A DNA stretch of 64,000 bases from Haplodiscus bocki (GCA_965655095.1 OZ296651.1:20646001-20710000); one strand, 5' to 3'; shown: positions 15,001 through 28,966, counted from the stretch's first letter. The notes: a model not told the origin generated them from the letters alone. Translations and numbers: made by a program.

Positions 15001-18000
15001 ACTTCTCAGACATTGGGCAACAAGAAAGAGTAACATGTATTGACATCATTTTTTTAATGATCTTGTGTCAGGTACTTGTTGATTTTTTTGTTGTTTACTG
15101 CGAAATTCATAGACATCCGGAAGCATGAAAAAGTAACATGAACAGGCATATCTGACTGATCATTTCGTGACTGAGACTGCGTCAGGTATGTTGATTTTCT
15201 TTTTGTCTGCTGTGGAAACTCCTCAGACATTGAGCAACAAGAAGGAGTAACATGTGAAGACATCAATTTTTTATTGATCTTGTGTCAAGTACTTGTTCAT
15301 TTTCCTGTTGTTTACTGTGCAAACTTCTCAGACATTATGTACTAGAAGAGCATTAACGTTTGAAAAGTCATATCTCACGTATCACTTTCAGAATGAGACT
15401 GTGTCAGGTACTTGTTCATGTTCCTGTTGTTTACTGCGAACTTCATACATCAGGAAGCATGAAAAAGTAACATGAAAAGGCATATCTGACCTATCATTTC
15501 GTGATAGAGATTGCGTCAGGTTTTTGTTCATTTTCCTGTTGTCTACTGTGGAAACTTCTCAGATATCGGGCACTAAGTATGAGTTACTTCAAATGGCGTG
15601 TCTGATATATCAGTTTCCCAATGAGACTGTGTCAGGTAAGGTTTCCTTTTCTTGTTATTTACTGTGCAGTGCAAACTCCTTATACATTGCCCAGTAAAAA
15701 GTAGTACCTTCAAAAGACATGCCTGATGAACCAATTTCTGATTGAGACTGTAAAGTTATCGGTCGTCTTTATTTCCTTTATTGCGCTACCTTCTTAGACC
15801 TTGGTCGAGAAAGGAGTAAAATGGCAAGACATATTTGACATATCAAGTTCTGAAAGGGACTTGTCAGGCCTTTGATTACTTTCCTGTTGTTTACTGGTCA
15901 AACTTCTCAGACATTGGGCAACAAGAAAGAGTAACATGTATTGACATCATTTTTTTAATGATCTTGTGTCAGGTACTTGTTGATTTTTTTGTTGTTTACT
16001 GCGAAATTCATAGACATCCGGAAGCATGAAAAAGTAACATGAACAGGCATATCTGACTGATCATTTCGTGACTGAGACTGCGTCAGGTATGTTGATTTTC
16101 TTTTTGTCTGCTGTGGAAACTCCTCAGACATTGAGCAACAAGAAGGAGTAACATGTGAAGACATCAATTTTTTATTGATCTTGTGTCAGGTACTTGTTCA
16201 TTTTCCTGTTGTTTACTGTGCAAACTTCTCAGACATTATGTACTAGAAGAGCATTAACGTTTGAAAAGTCATATCTCACGTATCACTTTCAGAATGAGAC
16301 TGTGTCAGGTACTTGTTCATGTTCCTGTTGTTTACTGCGAACTTCATAGACATCAGGAAGCATGAAAAAGTAACATGAAAAGGCATATCTGACCTATCAT
16401 TTCGTGATAGAGATTGCGTCAGGTTTTTGTTCATTTTCCTGTTGTCTACTGTGGAAACTTCTCAGATATCGGGCACTAAGTATGAGTTACTTCAAATGGC
16501 GTGTCTGATATATCAGTTTCCCAATGAGACTGTGTCCGGTAAGGTTTCATTTTCTTGTTATTTACTGTGCAGTGCAAACTCCTTATACATTGTGCAGTAA
16601 AAAGTAGTACGTTGAAAAGACATGCGCGATGACTCAATTTTTGATTAAGACTGTCAAGTATTCGGTCATCTTCTTTTTCTTTATTGCGCAAGCTTCTTAG
16701 ACGTTGGGCAGGAGAAAAGAGTAAAATGACAACACAAAACTGACATATCGATTTTTGAATGAGACTTTGTCAGGCATTTGTTCATTTTCCTGTTGTTTAC
16801 TGTAGCAATCTTCTCAGACATTGGGCAACAAGAAGGAGTAACATGTAAAGACTTCAATATTTTAAGGATCTTGTCAGGCACTTGTTAATTTTCCTGTTCT
16901 TTACTGTGCAAACTTCTCAGACATTAGGTACCTGAAAAGCATTAGCATTAAAAAAATCATATCTGACGTATCAATTTTAGAGTGAGACTGTGTCAGGTAC
17001 TTGTTCACGTTCCTGTTGTTTACTGCGAAATTTAGAGACATCGGGAAGCATGAAAAAGTAGCATGAAAAGGCATATATGACTTATCATTTCGTGATTGAG
17101 ACTGCGTCAGGTATGTTGATTTTCTTTTCGTCTACTGTGCAAACTTCTCAGACATTGGGCAAAAAGAATGAGTTACTTTAAATGGCGTTTCTGATATATC
17201 AGTTTCCCAATGAGTCTGTGTCATGTAAGGTTTCTTTTTCTTGTTATTTACTGTGCAGTGCAAACTCCTTATACACTGCGCAGTAAAAAGTACCTTGAAA
17301 AACATGCCCGATGAAACAATTTTTGATTAAGACTGTCAATAGTTCGGTCATCTTCCTTTTCTTTATTGCGCAAGCTTCTCAGACGTTGGGCAAGAGAAAA
17401 AAGTAAAATGACAACCCATAACTGACATATCGATACTTGAATGAGACTGTGTCAGGCATTTGTTCGTTTTCCTGTTGTTTACTGTAGCAATCTTCTCAGA
17501 CATTGGGCAACAAGAAGGAGAAACATGTAAAGACTTCAATATTTTAAGGATCTTGTCAGGCACTTGTTGATTTTCCTGTTGTTTACTGTGCAAACTTCTC
17601 AGACATTAGGTACCAGAAAAGCATTAACATTAAAGAAATCTTATCTGACGTATCAATTTTAGAATGAGACTGTGGCAGGTACTTGTTCATGTTCCTGTTG
17701 TTTACTGCGAACTTCATAGACATCGGGAAGCATGAAAAAGTAACATGAGAAGGCATTTCTGATTTATCCTTTCTTGATCGAGTCTGCGTCAGGTATGTTG
17801 ATTTTCTTTTTGACTGCTGTGCAAACTTCTCAGACATTGGGCAACAAGAATGAGTTACTTCAAATGGCGTTTCTGATATATCAGTTTCCCAATGAGACTG
17901 TGTCAGGTAAGGTTTCATTTTCTGGTTTTTTACTGTGCAGTGCAAACTCCTTATACATTGCCCAGTAAAAAGTAGTACCTTCAAAAGACATGCCTGATGA

Positions 18001-21000
18001 ACCAATTTCTGATTGAGACTGTAAAGTTATCGGTCGTCTTTATTTCCTTTATTGCGCTACCTTCTTAGACCTTGGTCGAGAAAGGAGTAAAATGGCAAGA
18101 CATATTTGACATATCAAGTTCTGAAAGGGACTTGTCAGGCATTTGATTACTTTCCTGTTGTTTACTGGTCAAACTTCTCAGACATTGGGCAACAAGAAGG
18201 AGTAACATGTATTGACATCATTTTTTTAATGATCTTGTGTCAGGTACTTGTTGATTTTTTTGTTGTTTACTGCGAAATTCATAGACATCCGGAAGCATGA
18301 AAAAGTAACATGAACAGGCATATCTGACTTATCATTTCGTGACTGAGACTGCGTCAGCTATGTTGATTTTCTTTTTGTCTGCTGTGGAAACTCCTCAGAC
18401 ATTGAGCAACAAGAAGGAGTAACATGTGAAGACATCAATTTTTTTATTGATCTTGTGTCAGGTACTTGTTCATTTTCCTGTTGTTTACTGTGCAAACTTC
18501 TCAGACATTATGTACTAGAAGAGCATTAACGTTTGAAAAGTCATATCTCACGTATCACTTTCAGAATGAGACTGTCAGGTACTTGTTCATGTTCCTGTTG
18601 TTTACTGCGAACTTCATAGACATCGGGAAGCATGAAAAAGTAGCATGAAAAGGCATATATGACTTATCATTTCGTGATTGAGACTGCGTCAGGTATGTTG
18701 ATTTTCTTTTCGTCTACTGTGCAAACTTCTCAGACATTGGGCAAAAAGAATGAGTTACTTTAAATGGCGTTTCTGATATATCAGTTTCCCAATGAGTCTG
18801 TGTCATGTAAGGTTTCTTTTTCTTGTTATTTACTGTGCAGTGCAAACTCCTTATACACTGCGCAGTAAAAAGTACCTTGAAAAACATGCCCGATGAAACA
18901 ATTTTTGATTAAGACTGTCAAGTGTTCGGTCATCTTCCTTTTCTTTATTGCGCAAGCTTCTCAGACGTTGGGCAAGAGAAAAAAGTAAAATGACAACCCA
19001 TAACTGACATATCGATACTTGAATGAGACTGTGTCAGGCATTTGTTCGTTTTCCTGTTGTTTACTGTAGCAATCTTCTCAGACATTGGGCAACAAGAAGG
19101 AGAAACATGTAAAGACTTCAATATTTTAAGGATCTTGTCAGGCACTTGTTGATTTTCCTGTTGTTTACTGTGCAAACTTCTCAGACATTAGGTACCAGAA
19201 AAGCATTAACATTAAAGAAATCTTATCTGACGTATCAATTTTAGAATGAGACTGTGTCAGGTACTTGTTCATGTTCCTGTTGTTTACTGCGAACTTCATA
19301 GACATCGGGAAGCATGAAAAAGTAACATGAGAAGGCATTTCTGATTTATCCTTTCTTGATCGAGTCTGCGTCAGGTATGTTGATTTTCTTTTTGACTGCT
19401 GTGCAAAGTTCTCAGACATTGGGCAACAAGAATGAGTTACTTCAAATGGCGTTTCTGATATATCAGTTTCCCAATGAGACTGTGTCAGGTAAGGTTTCAT
19501 TTTCTTGTTTTTTACTGTGCAGTGCAAACTCCTTATACATTGCCCAGTAAAAAGTAGTACCTTCAAAAGACATGCCTGATGAACCAATTTCTGATTGAGA
19601 CTGTAAAGTTATCGGTCGTCTTTATTTCCTTTATTGCGCTACCTTCTTAGACCTTGGTCGAGAAAGGAGTAAAATGGCAAGACATATTTGACATATCAAG
19701 TTCTGAAAGGGACTTGTCAGGCCTTTGATTACTTTCCTGTTGTTTACTGGTCAAACTTCTCAGACATTGGGCAACAAGAAGGAGTAACATGTATTGACAT
19801 CATTTTTTTAATGATCTTGTGTCAGGTACTTGTTGATTTTTTTGTTGTTTACTGCGAAATTCATAGACATCCGGAAGCATGAAAAAGTAACATGAACAGG
19901 CATATCTGACTTATCATTTCGTGACTGAGACTGCGTCAGCTATGTTGATTTTCTTTTTGTCTGCTGTGGAAACTCCTCAGACATTGAGCAACAAGAAGGA
20001 GTAACATGTGAAGACATCAATTTTTTTATTGATCTTGTGTCAGGTACTTGTTCATTTTCCTGTCGTCTACTGTGAAAACTTCTCAGATGTCAGGCACTAA
20101 GTATGAGTTACTTCAAATGGCGTGTCTGATATATCAGTTTCCCAATGAGACTCTGTCAGGTAAAGTTTCATTTTCTTGTTTTTTACTGTGCAGTGCAAAC
20201 TCCTCATACATTGCGCAGTAAAAAGTAGTACCTTGAAAAGACATGCCCGATGACTCAATTTTTGATTAAGACTGTCAAGTATTCGGTCATCTTCTTTTTC
20301 TTTATTGCGCAAGCTTCTTAGACGTTGGGCAGGAGAAAAGAGTAAAATGACAACACAAAACTGACATATCGAGATTTTTGAATGAGACTTTGTCAGGCAT
20401 TTGTTCATTTTCCTGTTGTTTACTGTAGCAATCTTCTCAGACATTGGGCAACAAGAAGGAGTAACATGTAAAGACTTCAATATTTTAAGGATCTTGTCAG
20501 GCACTTGTTGATTTTCCTGTTGTTTACTGTGCAAACTTCTCAGACATTAGGTACCAGAAAAGCATTAACATTAAAGAAATCATATCTGACGTATCAATTT
20601 TAGAATGAGACTGTGTCAGGTACTTGTTCACGTTCCTGTTGTTTACTGCGAAATTTAGAGACATCGGGAAGCATGAAAAAGTAGCATGAAAAGGCATATA
20701 TGACTTATCATTTCGTGATTGAGACTGCGTCAGGTATGTTGATTTTCTTTTCGTCTACTGTGCAAGCTTCTAAGACATTGGGCAAAAAGAATGAGTTACT
20801 TTAAATGGCGTTTCTGATATATCAGTTTCCCAATGAGACTGTGTCATGTAAGGTTTCTTTTTCTTGTTATTTACTGTGCAGTGCAAACTCCTTATACACT
20901 GCGCAGTAAAAAGTACCTTGAAAAACATGCCCGATGAAACAATTTTTGATTAAGACTGTCAAGTGTTCGGTCATCTTCCTTTTCTTTATTGCGCAAGCTT

Positions 21001-24000
21001 CTAAGACATTGGGCAAAAAGAATGAGTTACTTTAAATGGCGTTTCTGATATATCAGTTTCCCAATGAGACTGTGTCATGTAAGGTTTCTTTTTCTTGTTA
21101 TTTACTGTGCAGTGCAAACTCCTTATACACTGCGCAGTAAAAAGTACCTTGAAAAACATGCCCGATGAAACAATTTTTGATTAAGACTGTCAAGTGTTCG
21201 GTCATCTTCCTTTTCTTTATTGCGCAAGCTTCTCAGACGTTGGGCAAGAGAAAAAAGTAAAATGACAACCCATAACTGACATATCGATACTTGAATGAGA
21301 CTGTGTCAGGCATTTGTTCGTTTTCCTGTTGTTTACTGTAGCAATCTTCTCAGACATTGGGCAACAAGAAGGAGAAACATGTAAAGACTTCAATATTTTA
21401 AGGATCTTGTCAGGCACTTGTTGATTTTCCTGTTGTTTACTGTGCAAACTTCTCAGGCATTAGGTAACAGAAAAGCATTAACATTAAAGAAATCATATCT
21501 GACGTATCAATTTTAGAATGAGACTGTGTCAGGTACTTGTTCATGTTCCTGTTGTTTACTGCGAACTTCATAGACATCGGGAAGCATGAAAAAGTAACAT
21601 GAGAAGGCATTTCTGATTTATCCTTTCTTGATCGAGACTGCGTTAGGTATGTTGATTTTCTTTTCGTCTACTGTGCAAACTTCTCAGACATTGGGCAAAA
21701 AGAATGAGTTACTTTAAATGGCGTTTCTGATATATCAGTTTCCCAATGAGACTGTGTCATGTAAGGTTTCTTTTTCTTGTTATTTACTGTGCAGTGCAAA
21801 CTCCTTATACACTGCGCAGTAAAAAGTACCTTGAAAAACATGCCCGATGAAACAATTTTTGATTAAGACTGTCAAGTGTTCGGTCATCTTCCTTTTCTTT
21901 ATTGCGCAAGCTTCTAAGACATTGGGCAAAAAGAATGAGTTACTTTAAATGGCGTTTCTGATATATCAGTTTCCCAATGAGACTGTGTCATGTAAGGTTT
22001 CTTTTTCTTGTTATTTACTGTGCAGTGCAAACTCCTTATACACTGCGCAGTAAAAAGTACCTTGAAAAACATGCCCGATGAAACAATTTTTGATTAAGAC
22101 TGTCAAGTGTTCGGTCATCTTCCTTTTCTTTATTGCGCAAGCTTCTCAGACGTTGGGCAAGAGAAAAAAGTAAAATGACAACCCATAACTGACATATCGA
22201 TACTTGAATGAGACTGTGTCAGGCATTTGTTCGTTTTCCTGTTGTTTACTGTAGCAATCTTCTCAGACATTGGGCAACAAGAAGGAGAAACATGTAAAGA
22301 CTTCAATATTTTAAGGATCTTGTCAGGCACTTGTTGATTTTCCTGTTGTTTACTGTGCAAACTTCTCAGACATTAGGTAACAGAAAAGCATTAACATTAA
22401 AGAAATCATATCTGACGTATCAATTTTAGAATGAGACTGTGTCAGGTACTTGTTCATGTTCCTGTTGTTTACTGCGAACTTCATAGACATCGGGAAGCAT
22501 GAAAAAGTAACATGAGAAGGCATTTCTGATTTATCCTTTCTTGATCGAGACTGCGTTAGGTATGTTGATTTTCGTTTTGACTGCTGTGCAAACTTCTCAG
22601 ACATTGGGCAACAAGAATGAGTTACTTCAAATGGCGTTTCTGATATATCAGTTTCCCAATGAGACTGTATCAGGTAAGGTTTTATTTTCTTGTTATTTAC
22701 TGTGCAGTGCAAACTCCTGTTACATTGCGCAGCAAAAGGTAGTACCTTGAAAAGACATGCCTGATAAACCAAAATTCTGTTGAGACTGTCAAGTATTCGG
22801 TCATCTTCCTTTTCTTTGTTGCGCAAGCTTCTTAGACGTTGGGCAAGAAAAAAGAGTAAAATGACAAGACATAACTGACATATCAATTTTTGAATGAGAC
22901 TGTGTCAGGCATTTGTTCATTTTCGTGTTGTTTAAAGTGCAATCTTCTCATACATTGGGCAACAAGACGGAGTAACATGTAAGGACTTCAATATTTTAAG
23001 GATCTTGTCAGGTACTTGTTCATTTTCGTGTTGTTAACTGTGCAAACTTCTCAGACATTAGGTACCAGAAAAGCATTAACATTAAAGAAATCATATCTGA
23101 CGTATCAATTTTAGAATGAGACTGTGTCAGGTACTTGTTCATGTTCCTGTTGTTTACTGCGAACTTCATAGACATCGGGAAGCATGAAAAAAAAACTTGA
23201 AAAGGCATATCTGGCTTATTTTTCCGTGATTGAGAATGCGTCAGGTTTTTGTTCAATTTCCTGTTGTCCACTGTGCAAACTACTCAGACATTGGTAAACA
23301 AGAATGAGTTACTTCAAATGGCGGCTCTGATATATCAGTTTCCCAATGAGACTGTGTCAGGTAAGGTTTTATTTTCTTGTTATTTACTGTGCAGTGCAAA
23401 CTCCTGTTACATTGCGCAGCAAAAGGTAGTACCTTGAAAAGACATGCCTGATAAACCAATATTCTGTTGAGACTGTCAAGTATTCGGTCATCTTCCTTTT
23501 CTTTGTTGCGCAAGCTTCTTAGACGTTGGGCAAGAAAAAAGAGTAAAATGACAAGACATAACTGACATATCAATTTTTGAATGAGACTGTGTCAGGCATT
23601 TGTTCATTTTCGTGTTGTTTAAAGTGCAATCTTCTCATACATTGGGCAACAAGACGGAGTAACATGTAAGGACTTCAATATTTTAAGGATCTTGTCAGGT
23701 ACTTGTTCATTTTCCTGTTGTTTACTGTGCAAACTTCTCAGACATCGAGCACCAGAAAAGCAATAACATCAAAGAAATCATATCTAACATATCAATTTTA
23801 GAATGAGACTTTGTCATGTACTTGTTCATGTTCCTCTTGTTTACTGCGGTTTTCTTAGACATTGGATGGTAGGAAAGATTTACTTGAAGAAGCATATGTG
23901 AGATATCAGTTTCCCAATGAGATTGTGTCAGTTACTTGTTCATTTTCCTGTTGTTTACTGTGCAATCTTCTCAGACACTGGGCAACAAGAAGGAGTAACT

Positions 24001-27000
24001 TGTACAGACTTCAATATTTTAAGGATCTTGTCAGGTACTTGTTCATTTTCGTGTTGTTAACTGTGCAAACTTCTCAGACATTAGGTACCAGAAAAGCATT
24101 AACATTAAAGATATCATATCTGACGTATCAATTTTAGAATGAGACTGTGTCAGGTACTTGTTCATGTTCCTGTTGTTTACTGCGAACTTCATAGACATCG
24201 GGAAGCATGAAAAAGTAACATGAGAAGGCATTTCTGATTTATCCCTTCTTGATCGAGTCTGCGTCAGGTATGTTGATTTTCGTTTTGACTGCTGTGCAAA
24301 CTTCTCAGACATTGGGCAACAAGAATGAGTTACTTCAAATGGCGTTTCTGATATATCAGTTTCCAAATGAGACTGTGTCAGGTAAGGTTTCATTTTCTTG
24401 TTTTTTACTGTGCAGTGCAAACTCCTTATACATTGCCCAGTAAAAAGTAGTACCTTCAAAAGACATGCCTGATGAACCAATTTCTGATTGAGACTGTAAA
24501 GTTATCGGTCGTCTTTATTTCCTTTATTGCGCTACCTTCTTAGACCTTGGTCGAGAAAGGAGTAAAATGGCAAGACATATTTGACATATCAAGTTCTGAA
24601 AGGGACTTGTCAGGCATTTGATTACTTTCCTGTTGTTTACTGGTCAAACTTCTCAGACATTGGGCAACAAGAAGGAGTAACATGTATTGACATCATTTTT
24701 TTATTGATCTTGTGTCAGGTACTTGTTGATTTTTTTGTTGTTTACTGCGAACTTCATAGACATCCGGAAGCATGAAAAAGTAACATGAGGAGGCATATCT
24801 GACTTATCATTTCGTGACTGAGACTGCGTCAGGTTTCTGTTCCTTTTCCTGTTGTCTAGTGTGCAAACTTCTCACACATTGCGCAACAAGAGTGAGTTAC
24901 TTCAAATGGCGTATCTGATGTATCAGGTTCCCAATGAGGCTGTGTCAGGTAAGGTTTCATTTTCTTGTTTTTTACTGTACAATGCAAACTCCTCATACAT
25001 TGCGCAGTAAAAAGTAGTACCTTGAAAAGACATGCGCGATGACTCAATTTTTGATTAAGACTGTCAAGTATTCGGTCATCTTCTTTTTCTTTATTGCGCA
25101 AGCTTCTTAGACGTTGGGCAGGAGAAAAGAGTAAAATGACAACACAAAACTGACATATCGAGATTTTTGAATGAGACTTTGTCAGGCATTTGTTCATTTT
25201 CCTGTTGTTTACTGTAGCAATCTTCTCAGACATTGGGCAACAAGAAGGAGTAACATGTAAAGACTTCAATATTTTAAGGATCTTGTCAGGCACTTGTTCA
25301 TTTTCCTGTTCTTTACTGTGCAAACTTCTCAGACATTAGGTACCAGAAAAGCATTAACATTAAAGAAATCATATCTGACATATCAATTTTAAAATGAGAC
25401 TGTGTCAGGTACTTGTTCACGTTCCTGTTGTTTACTGCGAAATTTAGAGACATCGGGAAGCATGAAAAAGTAGCATGAAAAGGCATATATGACTTATCAT
25501 TTCGTGATTGAGACTGCGTCAGGTATGTTGATTTTCTTTTCGTCTACTGTGCAAACTTCTCAGACATTGGGCAAAAAGAATGAGTTACTTTAAATGGCGT
25601 TTCTTATATATCAGTTTCCCAATGAGACTGTGTCATGTAAGGTTTCTTTTTCTTGTTTTTCTTGTTATTTACTGTGCATTGCAAACTCCTTATACACTGC
25701 GCAGTAAAAAGTACCTTGAAAAACATGCCCGATGAAACAATTTTTGATTAAGACTGTCAAGTGTTCGGTCATCTTCTTTTTCTTTATTGCGCAAGCTTCT
25801 CAGACGTTGGGCAAGAGAAAAAAGTAAAATGACAACCCATAACTGACATATCGATACTTGAATGAGACTGTGTCAGGCATTTGTTCGTTTTCCTGTTGTT
25901 TACTGTAGCAATCTTCTCAGACATTGGGCAACAAGAAGGAGAAACATGTAAAGACTTCAATTTTTTAAGGATCTTGTCAGGCACTTGTTGATTTTCCTGT
26001 TGTTTACTGTGCAAACTTCTCAGACATCGAGCACCAGAAAAGCAATAACATCAAAGAAATCATATCTAACATATCAATTTTAGAATGAGACTTTGTCATG
26101 TACTTGTTCATGTTCCTCTTGTTTACTGCGGTTTTCTTAGACATTGGATGGTAGGAAAGATTTACTTGAAGAAGCATATGTGAGATATCAGTTTCCCAAT
26201 GAGATTGTGTCAGTTACTTGTTCATTTTCCTGTTGTTTACTGTGCAATCTTCTCAGACACTGGGCAACACGAAGGAGTAACTTGTACAGACTTCAATATT
26301 TTAAGGATCTTGTCAGGTACTTGTTCATTTTCGTGTTGTTAACTGTGCAAACTTCTCAGACAATAGGTACCAGAAAAGCATTAACATTTAAAAAGTCAGA
26401 TCTGACGTATCAATTTTAGATTGAGACTGTGTCAGGTACTTGTTCATGTTCCTGTTGTTTACTACTGCGAACTTCATAGACATCGGGAAGCATGAAAAAG
26501 TAACATGAGAAGGCATTTCTGATTTATCATTTCTTGATCGAGACTGCGTCAGTATGCTGATTTTCTTTTTGTCTACTGTGCAAACTTCTCAGACATTGGG
26601 CAACAAGAATGAGTTACCTCAAATGGCGTTTCTAATATATCAGTTTCCCAATGAAACTGTGTCAGGTAAGGTTTCATTTTCTTGTTATTTACTGTGCAGT
26701 GCAAACTCCTTATACATTGCGCAGTAAAAAGTAGTACCTTGAAAAGACATGCCTCATGAACCAATTTTTGGTTTCATTCCACTAACTTCTTAGACGTTGG
26801 GCAAGAGGAAGGTGTAAAATGACAAGACATATCTGACATATCAAATTTTGATTGACACTTGTCAGGCATTTGTTCAATTTGCTGTTTTTTACTGGTCAAA
26901 CTTCTCAGACATTGGGCAACAAGAAGGAGTAACATGTATTGACATGAATTTTTTAATGATCTTGTGTCAGGTACTTGTTGGTTTTCCTGTTGTTTACTGC

Positions 27001-28116
27001 GAAATTCATAGACATCGGGAAGCATGAAAAAGTAACATGAAAAGACATATCTGACTTATCATTTCGAGATTGAGACTGCGTAAGGTTTCTGTTCTTTTTC
27101 CTGTTGTGTAGTGGGCAAACTTCTCACACATTGGGCAACAAGAATGAGTTACTTCAAATGGCGTATCTGATATATCAGTTTCCCAATGGACTGTGACAGG
27201 TAAGGTTTCATTTTCTTGTTACTATTTTGCAGTGCAAACTCCTGTTACATTGCGCAGCAAAAGGTAGTACCTTGAAAAGACATGCCTGATAAACCAATAT
27301 TCTGTTGAGACTGTCAAGTATTCGGTCATCTTCCTTTTCTTTGTTGCGCAAGCTTCTTAGACGTTGGGCAAGAAAAAAGTAAAATGACAAGACATAACTG
27401 ACATATCAATTTTTGAATGAGACTGTGTCAGGCATTTGTTCATTTTCGTGTTGTTTAAAGTGCAATCTTCTCATACATTGGGCAACAAGACGGAGTAACA
27501 TGTAAGGACTTCAATATTTTAAGGATCTTGTCAGGTACTTGTTCATTTTCCTGTTGTTTACTGTGCAAACTTCTCAGACATCGAGCACCAGAAAAGCAAT
27601 AACATTAAAGAAATCATATCTAACATATCAATTTTAGAATGAGACTTTGTCATGTACTTGTTCATGTTCCTCTTGTTTACTGCGGTTTTCTTAGACATTG
27701 GATGTTAGAAAAGATTTACTTGAAGCATATGTGAGATATCAGTTTCCCAATGAGATTGTGTCAGTTACTTGTTCATTTTCCTGTTGTTTACTGTGCAATC
27801 TTCTCAGACACTGGGCAACAAGAAGGAGTAACTTGTACAGACTTCAATATTTTAAGGATCTTGTCAGGTACTTGTTCATTTTCGTGTTGTTAACTGTGCA
27901 AACTTCTCAGACATTGGGCAACAAGAAGGAGTAACATGTAAAGACGTCTTTTTTTAATGATCTTGTAGCAGGTACTTGTTCTTGTTCCTGTTGTTTACTG
28001 CGAACTTCATAGACATCAGGAAGCATGAAAAAGTAACATGAAAAGGCCTATCTGACTTATCATTTCTTGATTGAGACTGCGTCAGGTATTTGTTGAATTT
28101 CCTTTTGTCTACTGTG
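1..28116. repeat. Complex tandem satellite array of ~100-120-bp monomers (six main variants plus a rarer seventh) in higher-order repeats
   Basis: Every monomer shares a core like gagactgtgtcaggtacttgttcattttcctgttgtttactgtgcaaacttctcagacatt. Variants recur in fixed order: A (aagaatgagttacttcaaatggcg), B (ccttatacattgcgcagtaaaaagtagtacc), C (gacgttgggcaagagaaaagagtaaaatgac), D (short; aagaaggagtaacatgtaaagacttc), E (aggtaccagaaaagcattaac), F (catcgggaagcatgaaaaagtaac). Near-identical spurious ORFs recur at 682-bp offsets (11268/11950, 13509/14191, 16681/17363). The array runs off the left edge and stops abruptly at ...actgtg (28116). Confidence 0.97.
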
Positions 28117-28292
28117 AATAATATAGGATGTTGCTGATAATACCAGTAACTCCTCGCTCGTTCGCTTTGAGCTCACTTCACTCGTCCCACTGATTTTATC
28201 CGGCAACATCCACGCTCGCTCGTCACTTCGTTCTTCACCGGCTTTCTCTCAGTCAGCTTCTCGCTTATATTATTGCTCGGCTACGCCTCGCC
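28117..28292. other. Hairpin-forming left boundary of the viral fragment, with GCTC-type repeats
   Basis: ggatgttgctgataataccagt (28126-28147) pairs imperfectly with actgattttatccggcaacatcc (28189-28211). aataatata (28117-28125) pairs with tatattatt (28266-28274). The loop and flank contain ctcgctcgttcgct, cgctcgctcg and gctcggctacgcctcgc. Confidence 0.6.
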
Positions 28293-28966
28293 TTTTTTCC
28301 TCTCCACTAATAAAAAATTCACAAACATTTTCTCCACTTCACTAATAAAAAACTCATTCCACTTTCCACACATTCCACTTTTCCAGCTGCATTATGAAAA
28401 AATCGTCTACAAAATTTTAGGTCATTGTATGCCTCCCGAACAAAATCCCGATCAAATGCTCTAGCTCAAACAAATGAAAATGAAATTGTTCTTTTAAGAA
28501 AATTTATAAGCTTTCTTTTCATTAGATAGAATTCTATCATAAAATCTTACATTCCTTTCACCACATAAAATATATATTTTTTAAATTTATCATTTTTTTA
28601 ACGAGTCTAGTTTTTTCAATTACTTTTACAACCATTTATAAGATAACAAATACGATTAAGTTGTTAAACATTTGAAATATTACTTACTTCTAGCCAAGCT
28701 AATACGTTTTCTCAAATCACAATATTGTTTTTTAATATCACTCTCGTTGCCTAAATAAAATTTTTCTATTATGAGATTTTTTTGGGAAAGTATTAATAAC
28801 AAAGGAAACATCTCTTAAATGTATTTTCCATTATACATTACTATCATATAAGCACGTATGTCTTCTAAATTCCCAGTGGCTGCGTGTTTCTTTATATTGC
28901 ATATTATCATACTATCAATAAAGTTTAAACAAAAACTGATTTCATCTCCTTTTGTATAGTAAAAAA

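Noticed and set aside
35-27934. Dozens of recurring 60-178-aa ORFs (e.g. ETDISDTPFEVTHSCCPMSEKFAQ) suggesting a repetitive protein family
   Set aside because: They are translations of the satellite on both strands; monomer lengths are not multiples of three, frames break at random and no domain is recognisable.
1-28116. CRISPR-like array (conserved core alternating with variable segments)
   Set aside because: The variable segments are homologous to each other and recur periodically rather than being unique spacers; there are no cas genes and the context is eukaryotic.
1-28116. Spliced-leader or snRNA gene array (CAG|GTAAG-like donors and AATTTTTGA Sm-like sites in monomers)
   Set aside because: The donor-to-Sm distance (~90 nt) and lack of spacer or promoter between units do not fit SL RNA genes; such motifs are expected by chance in this composition.
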